A stretch of DNA of 64,000 nucleotides from Microcoleus sp. (GTDB lineage Bacteria; Cyanobacteriota; Cyanobacteriia; Cyanobacteriales; Microcoleaceae), in assembly GCA_042408215.1 (NCBI GenBank), contig JAYFMW010000005.1:576001-640000 (forward strand). Reading direction: 5' to 3'. Numbering within the stretch: the first letter of the stretch is position 1; each line of letters begins with the position of its first letter. Position numbers and translations under genes: made by a program. Under the pieces are notes generated by a model. That model saw nothing but the letters and a program-made list of their open reading frames with translations, made no database searches and was not told the origin of the DNA. This document shows, piece after piece, positions 1 through 11,643 of the stretch.

Positions 1-561
1 TAGGGCAATTGCCCCGCCCAAACTTAATTTTAGCAGGTAATCTGCAAAGCTCATATTAATAGCATCGCCGACAATAAATGTCGCCGGATCGCCCACGATT
101 GTCAGCAGTCCCGAACTGTTAGCTACAAATACCATTAAAATTAGTAATGGCACAAAATCTACACCGACTTCTTCTGCCATTGGCGGAATTAATGGTGCTA
201 GCAGCATGACGGTGGTAGCATTTGGCAAAACTGCACAAATCGGGGTAGTAATGGCGACAATACCCAGCAATAGATTTTTGCCTTTTCCTTTAGCTAAAAG
301 CACCATTTGAGTTGCCAAGTAGTCGAATACTTTGGTGGGTTCAAATGACCTTACCATTACCATGACTCCGAAGAATAAGCCCAACGTTCCGTGACTGCGA
401 TCGATATATTCGATCGCGTCGTTTAAAGTCATGACGTGGGTAAAAACCAGGATCAGCGCTCCTAAAAAAGCCGCAACCGTTAGGTGTATCCACTCTGTGA
501 TTATTAATACAATTACACCGACAAATGTTGCCGCAGCGATCGCAGCTTGCAAGTTTTCCAT
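1..561 (-). CDS. ArsB/NhaD (SLC13-like) permease, runs off the window edge
   Basis: Manual translation from ATG 561: MENLQAAIAAATFVGVIVLIITEWIHLT...PNATTVMLLAP...GLLTIVGDPATFIV; hydrophobic, with family-typical N-x-T-T and GDP motifs. Confidence 0.8.
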   Translation of the reverse strand, partial: MENLQAAIAAATFVGVIVLIITEWIHLTVAAFLGALILVFTHVMTLNDAIEYIDRSHGTLGLFFGVMVMVRSFEPTKVFDYLATQMVLLAKGKGKNLLLGIVAITTPICAVLPNATTVMLLAPLIPPMAEEVGVDFVPLLILMVFVANSSGLLTIVGDPATFIVGDAINMSFADYLLKLSLGGAIAL

Positions 562-837
562 GAATTTATTAAAAATAATTAAATTTTCAAAAGTTTCTGC
601 ATTGGCTGGCACAATAATACTACTTAATTGCCCTTATGTCAATAGGTTTAAGTGCAGTTTTTTGCCAGCCGTCGGAATCAAGTAATTCAGAGTGCCGGCA
701 CAGGGAAAAAATTAGAGGAAAACTATTTCTTTTGGCTGGGTTGCGATCGCCCAGACTTTGATATGTCAATTGAGCGATCGCTCCGCTACAATAAGACAAT
801 GGCAATATCTGTCAGACTCCACCCCTACGCAGACATC

Positions 838-2040
838 ATGGATTACAGCCAACTGCTCACCGACAAAACCGACACTATCCTCCAAAACTGGATTGAAGCA
901 GTTAGTCAGGATCGGAAAATTGAAAGTGCTGATGCCTTACCGCACTCAGCAATCAAAAATCACATACCTCACCTGCTGGCGGCGATGGCAACAGTGGTTT
1001 CCCAATATCAAAACAGCGAAATCGGCATCATCATCAAAGCCAGTTTGAATCACGGATTTCTCCGAGCAGAACAAGGCTATAACCCAGCAGAAGTAGCGCG
1101 GGAATACCATTTACTTCGTCAAGTAATATTCTCCCATATAGAAACAGAATTGCTAGCAGGAACAACCAGAGAAGTAGTCAGAACTTTTCGACTAATAGAT
1201 GCCGTAGTAGACGAAGCAATTGCCCAGTGTTTTAACAGTTACGTTTCCCAGCGGTTGAGCGAACTTCAACAAATCCAAACTCAGTTAATACTCACAAATC
1301 AAGAACTCAATCGCCTAGTCAGCGCCAACCAAGAAAATCTCTCCTATTTGGCTCACGAACTCAAAACACCTCTCAACTCAATCATCGGTTATTCTGAACT
1401 GTTTTTGCGTCAAGAAAAAAGGCAACCTGAAATCAAAGATACCCTAGCCGGCATCGAACACATAGAGCGAGTATTGCGTAACGGCAGACAATTGCTACGC
1501 CTGATTAACGACGCCCTAGAACTCTCCCGTGCAGACGCTGGAAAAATCCAACTCCAATTGAGGAAAACTAATGTACAATCTATAATTAATACAGTAGTAG
1601 AAGTGCTGCTGCCAATGGCTGATGCTAAGAGATTAAAGCTCACAATAACTACCGACCGCGCCCCAAAACAAGTAATCGCCGACTCCCAGCGACTGCAACA
1701 AATTGTTACCAATCTTCTGAGCAATGCTATTCGCTATACAGAAACTGGTAGCATCGAATTACATTGCTGTCAAGTCGGAGCCGAAAATTGGGCGATCGCA
1801 ATTACAGACACCGGAATTGGCATCGCCAACGAAGATAAACATCGCATATTTGACCCCTTCTTTCAAGCAGGAGAATCTAGGAAACAGCAATTTTCACCAG
1901 ACAGCACAGGCTTGGGATTAGCAATAGTATCGCGACTGGTAAAACTACTGCAAGGCAACATAGATGTAGTATCAGAAATTGGAGTAGGCTCCACTTTCAC
2001 AGTCATTTTACCCCTGGAAGTTCGGCAACGGATTCTGTAA
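838..2040 (+). CDS. Sensor histidine kinase with an RsbRD_N-like N-terminal domain
   Basis: H-box AHELKTPL, N-box NLLSNAIRYT, G-boxes DTGIGI and GLGLAI; N-terminal HGFLRAEQGY motif. Start is uncertain (ORF track 652; ATG 838 preferred). Confidence 0.9.
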   Translation: MDYSQLLTDKTDTILQNWIEAVSQDRKIESADALPHSAIKNHIPHLLAAMATVVSQYQNSEIGIIIKASLNHGFLRAEQGYNPAEVAREYHLLRQVIFSHIETELLAGTTREVVRTFRLIDAVVDEAIAQCFNSYVSQRLSELQQIQTQLILTNQELNRLVSANQENLSYLAHELKTPLNSIIGYSELFLRQEKRQPEIKDTLAGIEHIERVLRNGRQLLRLINDALELSRADAGKIQLQLRKTNVQSIINTVVEVLLPMADAKRLKLTITTDRAPKQVIADSQRLQQIVTNLLSNAIRYTETGSIELHCCQVGAENWAIAITDTGIGIANEDKHRIFDPFFQAGESRKQQFSPDSTGLGLAIVSRLVKLLQGNIDVVSEIGVGSTFTVILPLEVRQRIL

Positions 2041-2057
2041 CGGATTTAACGGATGTT

Positions 2058-2092
2058 AGCAATAAGCAATAAGCAATAAGCAATAAGCAATA
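2058..2092. repeat. Heptamer tandem repeat (AGCAATA)x5, STRR-like
   Basis: Seen directly. Confidence 0.9.
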
Positions 2093-2192
2093 AAATCAAT
2101 AGTCTCAAATTAAATCGGTCAGAAACACTCTGGGCATCCAATTAGTAGTATCATAAATCTATGAAAGCCTCTTTAACAAAAAGATTATTTCC

Positions 2193-4292
2193 ATGTCCGC
2201 CCTCTATACAACCCCTACCGTGACAGCCTTTCCCTTAACAGCCGTTGTCGGCCAAGAAGCCATTAAACTAGCCCTGCTCTTAGCAGCAGTCGATCCCGGA
2301 CTGGGAGGAGTTGCGATCGCAGGTCGTCGCGGCACCGCAAAATCAGTCATGGCCCGCGCCTTGCATTCCCTCCTGCCGCCCATTGAAGTTGTTAAAGGCT
2401 CTTTCTGCAACGCCAACCCTGAAGAACTGCTGGTGGAACAAGCATCTGGCCTGTTAGCAGAAAATAGCGGACAAGAGCCAGACATCACAAATACCAATCT
2501 CACCACCGAAATAATTCCCACACCCTTCCTCCAAATTCCCTTGGGTGTCACCGAAGACAGACTCTTAGGTTCAGTCGATGTCGAAAAATCAGTAAAATTA
2601 GGCCAAACCGTCTTTCAACCAGGACTGCTAGCTCAAGCAAATCGAGGCGTACTTTATGTAGACGAAATCAACCTCCTAGATGACAATATTTCCAACCAAT
2701 TGCTAACAGTATTAACAGAAGGACGAAATCAAATAGAGCGCGAAGGCATCAGCTTTCAACACCCATGCAAACCCCTATTTATTGCCACCTATAACCCCGA
2801 AGAAGGGCCGCTCAGAGAACATTTACTAGACAGAATTGCGATCGTACTTTCCGCCGACGCCGTACTCGAACTAGAACAAAGAGTCCAAGCCGTAGACCAA
2901 GCCCTATCCTACTCCAACTCCCCCCAAGAATTTCTCAACCAATACGCAGAAGACACCGACAACCTCAAAACCCAAATCATCCTAGCCAGAGAATGGCTCA
3001 AAGATGTCACCATCAAACGCGAACAAATTAGCTACCTAGTAGAAGAAGCCATCCGCGGCGCTGTTCAAGGACACCGCGCCGAAATATTCGCAGTGCGAGT
3101 CGCCAAAGCCTGCGCCGCCATCGAAGGACGCACAGAAGTCAACGCCGAAGACTTGCGCCGCGCCGTAGAATTAGTCATAGTACCCCGCGCCACCATCATC
3201 CAATCTCCCCCAGACGAAAACACTCCTCCTCCTCCCCCCCCACCGCCTCCCCAAACCAACTCAGAACAAGAACAAGAAGACGAACAACAAGACGAAGCAG
3301 AAGACGAAGATGAAGACAAAGACAAAGAAAACGAACCTCCAGAAGAACAAGAGGAGAATAGTATTCCCGAAGAATTTATCTTCGACCCCGAAGGAGTAAT
3401 TCTCGACCCCAGCGTCCTTTTCTTCACCCAAAACGCCAGCCGCCAAGGCAAATCGGGAAGCCGTAGCATCATTTTTTCAGAAGATAGAGGCCGTTACATC
3501 AAGCCAGTATTGCCCAAAGGCCCCGTCCGCCGCATCGCTGTTGACGCGACACTCAGAGCCGCCGCACCCTATCAAAAAGCCCGTCGCGACAGGAATCCTC
3601 AACCCCAAAGCATGGAGGGACAGGGGGAAGGGAAGCGCCGCGTATTTGTCGAACAGGGAGACATTCGGGCGAAGCGACTAGCCAGAAAAGCTGGAGCTTT
3701 AGTCGTATTTGTCGTCGATGCTTCCGGCTCGATGGCCCTCAACCGGATGCAGTCGGCCAAAGGTGCTGTGATGCAGCTACTCACAGAAGCCTACCAAAGC
3801 CGCGACCAAGTTGCTCTGATTCCCTTTCGCGGAGAACAAGCAGAAGTGCTGCTACCGCCAACTCGCTCCATCGCCCTAGCCCGCAAGCGTTTGGAAAGAC
3901 TACCCTGCGGTGGCGGTTCCCCCCTAGCTCACGGTTTGACGCAAGCCGTGCGGGTGGGAGTCAACGCGCGACAATCTGGAGATATCGGTCAAGTGGCCAT
4001 TGTCGCCATTACCGACGGGCGCGGGAATATTCCTCTGGCTCGTTCCTTGGGTGAACCCATTTTAGATGGAGAAAAGCCAGATATTAAGGGCGAATTGTTA
4101 GAAATTGCTGCCAAAATTCGTGGGCTGGGAATGCAATTGCTGGTGATAGATACGGAGAGTAAATTTATTTCTACTGGGTTTGCTAAGGAATTAGCCAAGA
4201 CTTCTGGGGGGAAATACTATCATTTGCCCAAAGCTACCGAACAGGCGATCGCAGCCATGACAAAAAATGCCCTCCGCGACGCCATCGGCTAA
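2193..4292 (+). CDS. chlD: Magnesium chelatase subunit D
   Basis: AAA domain ([17 protein letters not shown]), poly-Pro/acidic linker, C-terminal vWA domain (DASGSM). Confidence 0.97.
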   Translation: MSALYTTPTVTAFPLTAVVGQEAIKLALLLAAVDPGLGGVAIAGRRGTAKSVMARALHSLLPPIEVVKGSFCNANPEELLVEQASGLLAENSGQEPDITNTNLTTEIIPTPFLQIPLGVTEDRLLGSVDVEKSVKLGQTVFQPGLLAQANRGVLYVDEINLLDDNISNQLLTVLTEGRNQIEREGISFQHPCKPLFIATYNPEEGPLREHLLDRIAIVLSADAVLELEQRVQAVDQALSYSNSPQEFLNQYAEDTDNLKTQIILAREWLKDVTIKREQISYLVEEAIRGAVQGHRAEIFAVRVAKACAAIEGRTEVNAEDLRRAVELVIVPRATIIQSPPDENTPPPPPPPPPQTNSEQEQEDEQQDEAEDEDEDKDKENEPPEEQEENSIPEEFIFDPEGVILDPSVLFFTQNASRQGKSGSRSIIFSEDRGRYIKPVLPKGPVRRIAVDATLRAAAPYQKARRDRNPQPQSMEGQGEGKRRVFVEQGDIRAKRLARKAGALVVFVVDASGSMALNRMQSAKGAVMQLLTEAYQSRDQVALIPFRGEQAEVLLPPTRSIALARKRLERLPCGGGSPLAHGLTQAVRVGVNARQSGDIGQVAIVAITDGRGNIPLARSLGEPILDGEKPDIKGELLEIAAKIRGLGMQLLVIDTESKFISTGFAKELAKTSGGKYYHLPKATEQAIAAMTKNALRDAIG

Positions 4293-4384
4293 AATTCTGA
4301 GATCCCCATTTATCCGCATTTATCCGTGTTTACCCGCGTTTATCTGCGGTTAAACAATCAAAAATTAGACTTTTTGCAAAAAGT

Positions 4385-4708
4385 CTAATTTTTCAATCGG
4401 CGCCGAGTTGTCACCACCAGCGAACTCGCAACTAAACCCAGCCCCCCCAGCATTGAAGGCTCAGGGATTTTCACAGGAAGAGGAGCCGGGCTTGCTGTTC
4501 CCGCATTCGGGTCATAGCAACTTCTACATGGGCTAGATTGAACAACCTGAGCCAGCAGCAAGTTTTCGGAAACCGACGATTTGGAAACCATTGAAACTGC
4601 TGAGAAATTGCCAGCAACTGCTGATTTGCCTCCGCATACAACAGTTGCTAAAGCCAAGACAATTCCGGCCGTAGGTGTCAAAAAAATCTTAGGAAAAAAG
4701 GTGGGCAT
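4385..4708 (-). CDS. Small PEP-CTERM sorting-domain protein
   Basis: Signal peptide plus C-terminal IPEPS-hydrophobic-RRRLKN. Confidence 0.8.
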   Translation of the reverse strand: MPTFFPKIFLTPTAGIVLALATVVCGGKSAVAGNFSAVSMVSKSSVSENLLLAQVVQSSPCRSCYDPNAGTASPAPLPVKIPEPSMLGGLGLVASSLVVTTRRRLKN

Positions 4709-5081
4709 TAGATATTACCTGTTTGGTATTTTGTCGATCGTAGCTCAATCTCTTAATCGTGAATTGTCTCGGCATCTCTTGTCTGAGCTACCTTAGCTAC
4801 TGACCTGAATCTGCAATTCTATCGACCTTGACTTTACCCTGTTGGCTTCAGCTAAATAATAGCCGGGGGGTGTTAGACAATCCTATGCAACCCTGCTGCT
4901 CTCGACAAGGCAGCGAGACCCCAAACTCTATGCTGTCGATTATAATCTATCATTGCCAGCCTTTTAGTGATTTGATCCCCATTTTCGAGCAAATCTTTAA
5001 ACTATGAGCGAGTTTTGCAAACAAACTGTAAAACTGTCAAAATATAGATAGCAATTCTCAGCCAAAATTAGGGGAATCATC

Positions 5082-5810
5082 GTGAGTAACACTTCCAACT
5101 TTCGAGAAGCCTGGGGCGAAGCCAAAAACCAGGCGCTGGTAGGCCCTAACGTCATCGCCAACGCCCTCCCCTTTGTCGGCGGTGGGCTGGTCTTAACTGC
5201 GGTAGGCACCTACGGCGGCCTCGGAGTGATCCGCAGCTATCCCGGAATCTTCTTTCCCACATTCATCGCTGCGATCGTCCTAGAATTAATTCTATTCTTT
5301 GTCGCACGCGGTGCCGCCGAACAAGGCAACAAAAATACCGCCTTACCGCTTCTGGCTACCTACAGCCTGCTATCCGGCTACACCCTCAGCGGATTAGTCT
5401 TTGTGGCCCTCAGAACCCAAGGCGTGGGCATCTCCGGCATCGGTTTTGCAGCCCTCGGCTGCGGCATTACCTTCATCGCCGCCCGCCAAATCGGCTCCAA
5501 CTTGTCCGAAACAGACGGCATGGCCCTCACCAAAACTATCAGTTTAGGTGTCATTGCTTTGTTAGTCGTCGTTGGCGGTCAATTTCTGCTATCTCTATTT
5601 GGTGTCTACACGCCAACTTGGTTGGAAATTGGCATTTCTGGCATCGGTGTATTTCTGTTTGCCGGCGCTGCAATTGTCGATTTTTACATTCTGCCGCGCA
5701 GCTACCGCGATGACCAGTATTTGCCCGCTGCTTTGTCGATGTATCTTACTTACATCAACTTGTTTATTTTCATTCTGCGACTGCTGATTGCGATTAACAG
5801 CCGGGATTAA
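5082..5810 (+). CDS. Bax inhibitor-1/YccA family membrane protein
   Basis: About seven hydrophobic segments; C-terminal AALSMYLTYINLFIFILRLL. Confidence 0.9.
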   Translation: MSNTSNFREAWGEAKNQALVGPNVIANALPFVGGGLVLTAVGTYGGLGVIRSYPGIFFPTFIAAIVLELILFFVARGAAEQGNKNTALPLLATYSLLSGYTLSGLVFVALRTQGVGISGIGFAALGCGITFIAARQIGSNLSETDGMALTKTISLGVIALLVVVGGQFLLSLFGVYTPTWLEIGISGIGVFLFAGAAIVDFYILPRSYRDDQYLPAALSMYLTYINLFIFILRLLIAINSRD

Positions 5811-5825
5811 TTACAACTGTAGGCT

Positions 5826-5858
5826 AAAAACCGCGGCTCGATCGAGCTGCGGTTTTTT
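5826..5858 (+). terminator. Rho-independent terminator
   Basis: aaaaaccgcggctcga/tcgagctgcggttttt hairpin with a T-tract just after the stop codon. Confidence 0.75.
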
Positions 5859-6137
5859 ATTTTTACAGTCCTGGACGCAACTTTTCAAGTTTTACACTAT
5901 CTGTAGTGGTAAGGTGCGCATTGCCCACCCTACAAGTAGAGTCTGTGCGTAAGTCTTATTTTATTAAGTTTAGGAACTAAGATAGCTATCATCGCGTCTC
6001 GTTTCAGAATTCATAAAAAATTAATTGGAGAACACTAATGTACTTAAAATATGATGGAGGATATTGAGAGAATTTTCCAAAAATAGTTTTGCTCTCAGTT
6101 CGATTTGGTATATATGTGCGGCAATTATGGGGATGCT

Positions 6138-6385
6138 GTCAACCACCCACCACTAATCGGAGTACCGATCTAGTGGGGGCTTGAAATTCGCCAAGTTGAC
6201 CAGTCTAAGTGGTTCGCCCACTACGTTTAAGGTAAGCGTTAAAGTACCTACCAGAAAATGCGTGCTAGTTTTCTGCTCTAGAAATTAAAAGTTAAACAGG
6301 TGTAAGGGTTAAGCCAGTGCTTTTAATATAGTTACCGACCTTAAACATTGACGAAGCAAACATTACCCCGTAAGGGAGGACTTAA
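6138..6385 (+). ncRNA. IscB omega-RNA (HEARO-like) scaffold
   Basis: Directly upstream of iscB; motifs TTGACCAG, AAATGCGTGCTAGTTT, TTAAACAG and GAAGCAAACATTACCCC are also present in the 19844 element. Confidence 0.82.
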
Positions 6386-7653
6386 ATGTCTAATTTTGTT
6401 TTTGTACTTGATACCCACAAACGACCGCTCAATCCAATTCGGGATTGGCTCGTAAATTGCTAAACAATGGCAAAGCTGCTGTGTTTAAAAGGTATCCGTT
6501 CACGCTAATTCTGAAAGTAGAGGTGACAGCAACCCAAAAATCAATCACTCTTAAAATAGACCCAGGCTCTAAGACTACGGAAATCGCATTAGTGCAAGGA
6601 GAGAACGTCATTTTTGGTGCAGAATTAACTCACCGAGGTCAAACAATCAAAGCCAGTTTGGAGTCTCGCCGTTCATTGCGTAGAGGTAGGAGAAATCGTC
6701 ACACTCGTTATCGTCAAGCGAGGTTTTTCAATCGCACCCGACAAAAGGGTTGGTTAGCACCATCCTTACAACATCGAGTAGAAACAACCCTAACTTGGGT
6801 TAAGAAATTTATCCGACTCGCACCCATTGGTTCAATTGTTCAAGAATTAGTAAGATTTGACTTACAACAACTATAAAATCCCGAAATATCAGGCGTTGAA
6901 TATCAGCAAGGAGAATTAGCTGGCTACGAAGTTCGGGAATATCTATTGAACAAATGGGACAGGAAATGCGCTTATTGCGGTGTTGAAAATGTACCTTTGC
7001 AAATTGAACATATTCATCCCAAAGCTAAAGGTGGCAGCGATCGCATTTCTAACCTTTGCCTTGCTTGTGAAAGATGTAATAAAAAGAAAGGAACTCAAGG
7101 TATTGAGCAATTCCTCTCTAAAAAGCCAGATATTTTGAAGCGGATTCTATCTCAAGCTCATCGTCCTCTAAAAGACGCGACAGCAGTCAATTCAACTCGT
7201 TGGGCATTATTTAATCGACTCCGTATGACTGGCTTACCAGTTTCTACTGGCAGTGGTGGCCTAACAAAGTTCAACCGCACTCGATTGAATTTAGCTAAAA
7301 CTCATTGGTTAGATGCAGCTTGTGTTGGGAATGTTGATTCGTTGGAAATCCTGACAAACAAGCCATTGTTAATTAAAGCGACTGGACATGGGACAGGTCA
7401 AATGTGTCGTACCGACAAGTTTGGATTTCCATCTCGCTATGTTCCCAGATTTAAATTTGTCAAAGGTTTTCAAACGGGGGATATCGTTAAAGCGATTGTA
7501 ACCTCCGGCAATAAAATTGGTAAATACGTTGGACGTGTTGCCGTAAGAACGAGTGGTTCATTCAATATTTCCGCATCCGAATTGGTATCGGGAATTAGTC
7601 ACAAATATTGTTCAGTTGTTCACCGAAAGGATGGTTATTCGTATGCAGCATAA
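6386..7653 (+). pseudogene. iscB: IscB RNA-guided endonuclease (RRXRR + HNH), inactivated
   Basis: PLMP-like start MSNFVFVLDTHKRPLNP, RuvC-I IDPGSK, RRSLRRGRR, HNH EHIHPKAKGGSDRISNL, RuvC-III HWLDA; frameshift near 6440 and an in-frame TAA at 6874-6876. Confidence 0.92.
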
Positions 7654-8925
7654 ACCTTGCCCCCCCTTTTCCTCTCGCCACTGACCAGGGTACAGGTACA
7701 GTGGGAGTCTCCAAGGGGGAAGACAGATGACTATCAATATCACAATTAGGGCGATCGAATATTGGGACCGCATGGGAGTTGCTCAAATCGGCTTATACAC
7801 GCTTTGGTAGCGGGCGCAATCCCGACTGGTGACAAGAAGAGACCAAGGCGATGACTGGAGAAAACGATCGCGTAATTTTTAGTATCGACAGCTTGGCTGA
7901 TACTAACAGCGTTTACCGCAACAATACTAACTGGGACAGGATAATGCAGTCGGTTAATTCCTTCATCCAAGCTGGCCCAAAAGCTGTATGGCACTACTTG
8001 ATTTTTGAACACAACCAACATCAAGTAGAATTAGCTCGCGCTTTGGCTGAAGAATTAGGATTTGTCGAGTTTGTACCGAAAGCTACCTCTCGTTTTGTGG
8101 CCAAAGAAATTTATGACAAAGAGTCTGAAATCAACAGCATGACTGAGGCAGAAAAATCTCAGGTAGATGCGGTGAGCGATCGCCCCAACCAACCGGCAAC
8201 AGAAGTCATGCTCTTTTCCCCTCAAAATCAAGCACAGACGGCTGTTGGGTTGCACCAACAAGCGGAGGACTGTTTGAGACAAGGACAGCTCTTTTAGGCG
8301 ATCGCAGCCAGCCAACAAGCCCTAAAAATTCAACGCTTCTCCTTTGGCGATCGCGCACCGCCTAATTTTCCAGGGCTTTTTCAGTGTATTCGCGATCGAC
8401 TATTTGTCGCTGCAATTCCAAGTTGAGGCGGTTTAAGTTTTGCAAGCTGTGCTTGGTCTGAGTGACATTGATCGAGCAGTAATTTGTCTCTTCGGCGGGT
8501 AGTTGTTGGTTGAAGTTTGAGCTGGAGAAGTGGCAATTAAGCGGGATTTGAAAGTTAGCGGAGTTTGGTGCTTGGTGTTCGACCGACTGTCTCTAAGTTT
8601 TTGTAATTCAAATCGACTTCTAATTGAGTCTCTCAAATTGACTCTTTTGCCAATAAATTCGGAATATTTATCAATGTTAAATTTGTCAGAAATTCGATCT
8701 AATTTGAGCGATAGTTGCTCATTTTCCGGGGGTAATTGCTCCCGATTCCTCCTTAAGCAGATTTAGCAATTAGGCGAGTTATTGCAACGGTCGAGGCGAT
8801 CGGCACGAGTTGCAAGGAAGCATCTCAAATTCTTGCAACACCGCCCGCTTTGTGCGTCCAGGACTGTTTCTGTGCGGTATTTGGTGGTGAGCGCGATCGG
8901 ATTTTTTGGGAGAAATCGGTTTTTT

Positions 8926-10056
8926 TCAATCCCACAACCGCCGCCCTGATTTGCCGCCTAGTCGCTGGTGAGTATCTTTCAGCAGGGTTGGGATGTCTAA
9001 CTTTTCGGGACACCGGGGTAAACATTCGCCGCAATCGGTGCAGCGATTGCCTTTTGTGCCCGGAAACCAATGTCCGGCATTTTCAAACATGGCGTAGCGG
9101 TATTTGCCAAAGTCTGTCATGTCGCAGCCGACGGCGAGATTGCGGAGTCGCAATATTTCGGGAATGTTGATGTTTTCTGGGCAGGGTAAACAGGCATAGC
9201 ATTGGCTGCATTTGTCTGTTTCTAAACGGGATGTCATACCAGATTCTATGCGATCGAATGCAGCGATTTCGTCGGGTGTGAGGGGAAAGTCGCGATCGCA
9301 ATATCTGAGTGGTTCCTCTAATTCCATCGGGTTTGCAGCCCCCACGCTCAAAGTCGTAATCCTAGTATCGCTCAATAAAAACCGATAGTTCAACTCTAGG
9401 GGCTCCAAAGGCTGACACATTTGTTTCAGGGTTTCGGGTGGCGTGTAGAGTTGCCCGCCTTTGTCCGCCGGGGAAATAATAAAAACGCCCAGATCTTTTT
9501 GGCTGGCTAGTTCAATAGCCGGGGCGTTGCGCTGAAAAAAATAGTAATAATGCAGATTGACAAATTCAAAAAAATCTGTATTGATAGCTGCCAAAATTAG
9601 CTCCAATGGGCCATGAGTGGAGAAGCCGACGTGCCGAATTCTGCGATCGGCAACAGCTTTTTGGACTGATTTCATGCAGCCTGTTTCTGCTTGAATAATC
9701 CCAAGCTGTTCCCAAGTATTCAAACCGTGAATTGCCAGACAGTCGATATAGTCTAAATTCAGGCGTTTTAGTGACCGATCGATGGAGCGATCCATTGCAG
9801 CAGCATCGGGAGTTGGGGCAATTTTCGTGGTGACGTACAGGCGCGATCGATCCACAGCCAACCCAGCCGACAGGGCTGCGCCGAGATATTCCTCGCTGCA
9901 ACCATAACCAGAGGCCGTTTCTAGGTGATTGATTCCCAGAGACACAGCCTGCTGTACAGTCTGGCAGGCTGTTTCCTCAGAATCCAAATAGCGCATAGTT
10001 CCCAAGGAAAACACGGACTGATTTAGGTTGGTTTTGCCAAACCTTCGATAGCGCAT
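8926..10056 (-). CDS. Aldo/keto reductase with a C-terminal 4Fe-4S dicluster
   Basis: MRYRRFGKT, LGTMR, ETASGYG; CSQCYACLPCP and CTDCGECLPRCP. Confidence 0.93.
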   Translation of the reverse strand: MRYRRFGKTNLNQSVFSLGTMRYLDSEETACQTVQQAVSLGINHLETASGYGCSEEYLGAALSAGLAVDRSRLYVTTKIAPTPDAAAMDRSIDRSLKRLNLDYIDCLAIHGLNTWEQLGIIQAETGCMKSVQKAVADRRIRHVGFSTHGPLELILAAINTDFFEFVNLHYYYFFQRNAPAIELASQKDLGVFIISPADKGGQLYTPPETLKQMCQPLEPLELNYRFLLSDTRITTLSVGAANPMELEEPLRYCDRDFPLTPDEIAAFDRIESGMTSRLETDKCSQCYACLPCPENINIPEILRLRNLAVGCDMTDFGKYRYAMFENAGHWFPGTKGNRCTDCGECLPRCPEKLDIPTLLKDTHQRLGGKSGRRLWD

Positions 10057-10194
10057 ATAGCAGATGTTGAAGGAAGAAGTCGATGCGATCGGGTAATAAA
10101 ATCAATGGGTTTCAGCAATTAAAAACATCCTAACTGCCGATCGTCGGGTTGCTATAAATAGCTTAGTTAACTTTCACTCGCACTTCGACTACGC

Positions 10195-10704
10195 TCAGTG
10201 ACCGGCTTCGTCTGGACTGAAGCCACCTCTTTTAATCAAATCCTCTGGACGTAGGTTTGAGATAAATTCCCGGAAAGCTCTGCGTTCGGCCTCATCAGCA
10301 TCTCGATCGACCGGTATGGAAGCGTCAGCTACGACTTCTTCCATCACCCAGATGGGGCAGTTCGTCCGCAGGGCCAGGGCGATCGCGTCACTGGGCCGGG
10401 CATCGATTTCTTTTTTAACTTCTCCTTGGCGGACGATCAGCACGGCATAGAAAGTGTTATCTTGCAGCGAGTGAATAACTATTCGCTCCAAGGTGACATT
10501 CCAGGCCTCTAAGAAATTGACCATTAAATCGTGAGTTAAAGGTCGAGGAGGCTTCTGGCCTTCCAAAGCGCCGATAATAGCTTTTGCCTGCTCCTGACCG
10601 ATGTAAATAGGCAAAGCACGTCGCTCTGTAGCGTCTCTCAATAAGACAATAGGACTGCGCGTGGCTGCATCTAAAGCAATTCCAGCGACTTTCATTTCAA
10701 TCAT
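10195..10704 (-). CDS. Bifunctional nuclease (DUF151) family protein
   Basis: LPIYIG, PRPLTHDL, DARPSDAIALA. Confidence 0.93.
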   Translation of the reverse strand: MIEMKVAGIALDAATRSPIVLLRDATERRALPIYIGQEQAKAIIGALEGQKPPRPLTHDLMVNFLEAWNVTLERIVIHSLQDNTFYAVLIVRQGEVKKEIDARPSDAIALALRTNCPIWVMEEVVADASIPVDRDADEAERRAFREFISNLRPEDLIKRGGFSPDEAGH

Positions 10705-10925
10705 TCGATCGGCCTCATACAATACTGTAAGGCGGTGGAGAACTTAGACATAAACATGACCTAAATCCAGTATGCCTCTATCTTCGCCTGAATCTACAAA
10801 GATCGGGGTCAAAATAATCTCCTGTAAGAGGTAAGACGGCAAGGATCACAAGGGAGCTCCTAAGTCTGGCTGATTTTTGCCCGTGATTTGATGTCAATCT
10901 GCGATCGAAATACTAGAAAATACCG

Positions 10926-11643
10926 ATGTTTACAGGACTAATTCAATCTCTGGGAAAGCTCAAGTCGATCGGAAACGACCGTTTTCAGATTTCCTGTACC
11001 TCAAGCAACTCACACCTGATTTTACAAGATTTGGCGATCGGCGACAGTGTAGCGGTAGATGGCGTGTGTTTAACAGTAGTGTCCGTTTTGCCGCAGGGTT
11101 TTGTCGCCATCGCTTCCCCCGAAACCCTGCGCCGCACGAATCTCGGAGCATTCCCCGATGCTTCAGTTAACCTAGAAACCTCCCTACGTGCCGGTAGCAA
11201 GTTGGGCGGACATTTTGTTACCGGGCACGTAGATGCGATCGGCACTTTAGCGAGTTCGGACACAAACCGCCAACGCCTGGGAAATGCGGTTTACAGCCCC
11301 AGCAACAGCCAATTCAGGATGGAAACGTCAAATTGCACCTTACCTTGTCCCCAAGGGCAGTATCGCCGTCAACGGCATCAGCCTGACTGTGGCAGATTGC
11401 GATGCTGATGGTAATTGGTTTGAAGTTGCCGTGATTCCCCACAGTTTTGATGAGACAAACCTCCGCTATTTGCAGCCAGGAAGTTTAGTTAATTTAGAAG
11501 CAGATATTCTCGCCAAATACGTCGCAAAATTTCTCCGTAGCGGCGGCTCTAAACAGCATCCAGAACCCTGGGAAGAAACCCCCGAAATTAACAGTTTGGC
11601 AGGCATTACCCCAGAATTTTTAGCAGAACACGGGTTTATTTAA
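10926..11643 (+). CDS. ribE: Riboflavin synthase, with an apparent +1 frameshift near 11260
   Basis: MFTGLI start, GDSVAVDGVCLTV, GGHFVTGHVD; the second repeat (KGSIAVNGISLTV, VNLEADILAKY) is in another frame. Confidence 0.9.

Larger units (their letters stand above)
6138..7726 (+). mobile_element. IS200/IS605-family IscB (OMEGA) element without tnpA
   Basis: Begins GTCAACCACCC with an omega-RNA, then iscB, then a terminal hairpin followed by ATGA; removing it restores the host reading frame. Confidence 0.88.
6038..8297 (+). pseudogene. Radical SAM (+TPR-like) pseudogene interrupted by the IscB element
   Basis: Left flank reads ...DLVYMCGNYGDA and the right flank continues in frame MTINITIRAIEYWDRMG, then VIFSIDSLADTN...WHYLIFEHNQHQVE. 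No CxxxCxxC remains; internal stops and frameshifts are present. Confidence 0.7.

Noticed and set aside
8330..8925. Short ORFs between the radical SAM relic and the aldo/keto reductase
   Set aside because: No recognisable motifs; probably decayed or intergenic sequence.
10730..10925. FMN riboswitch upstream of ribE
   Set aside because: No RFN consensus is visible; the region is a short divergent promoter.
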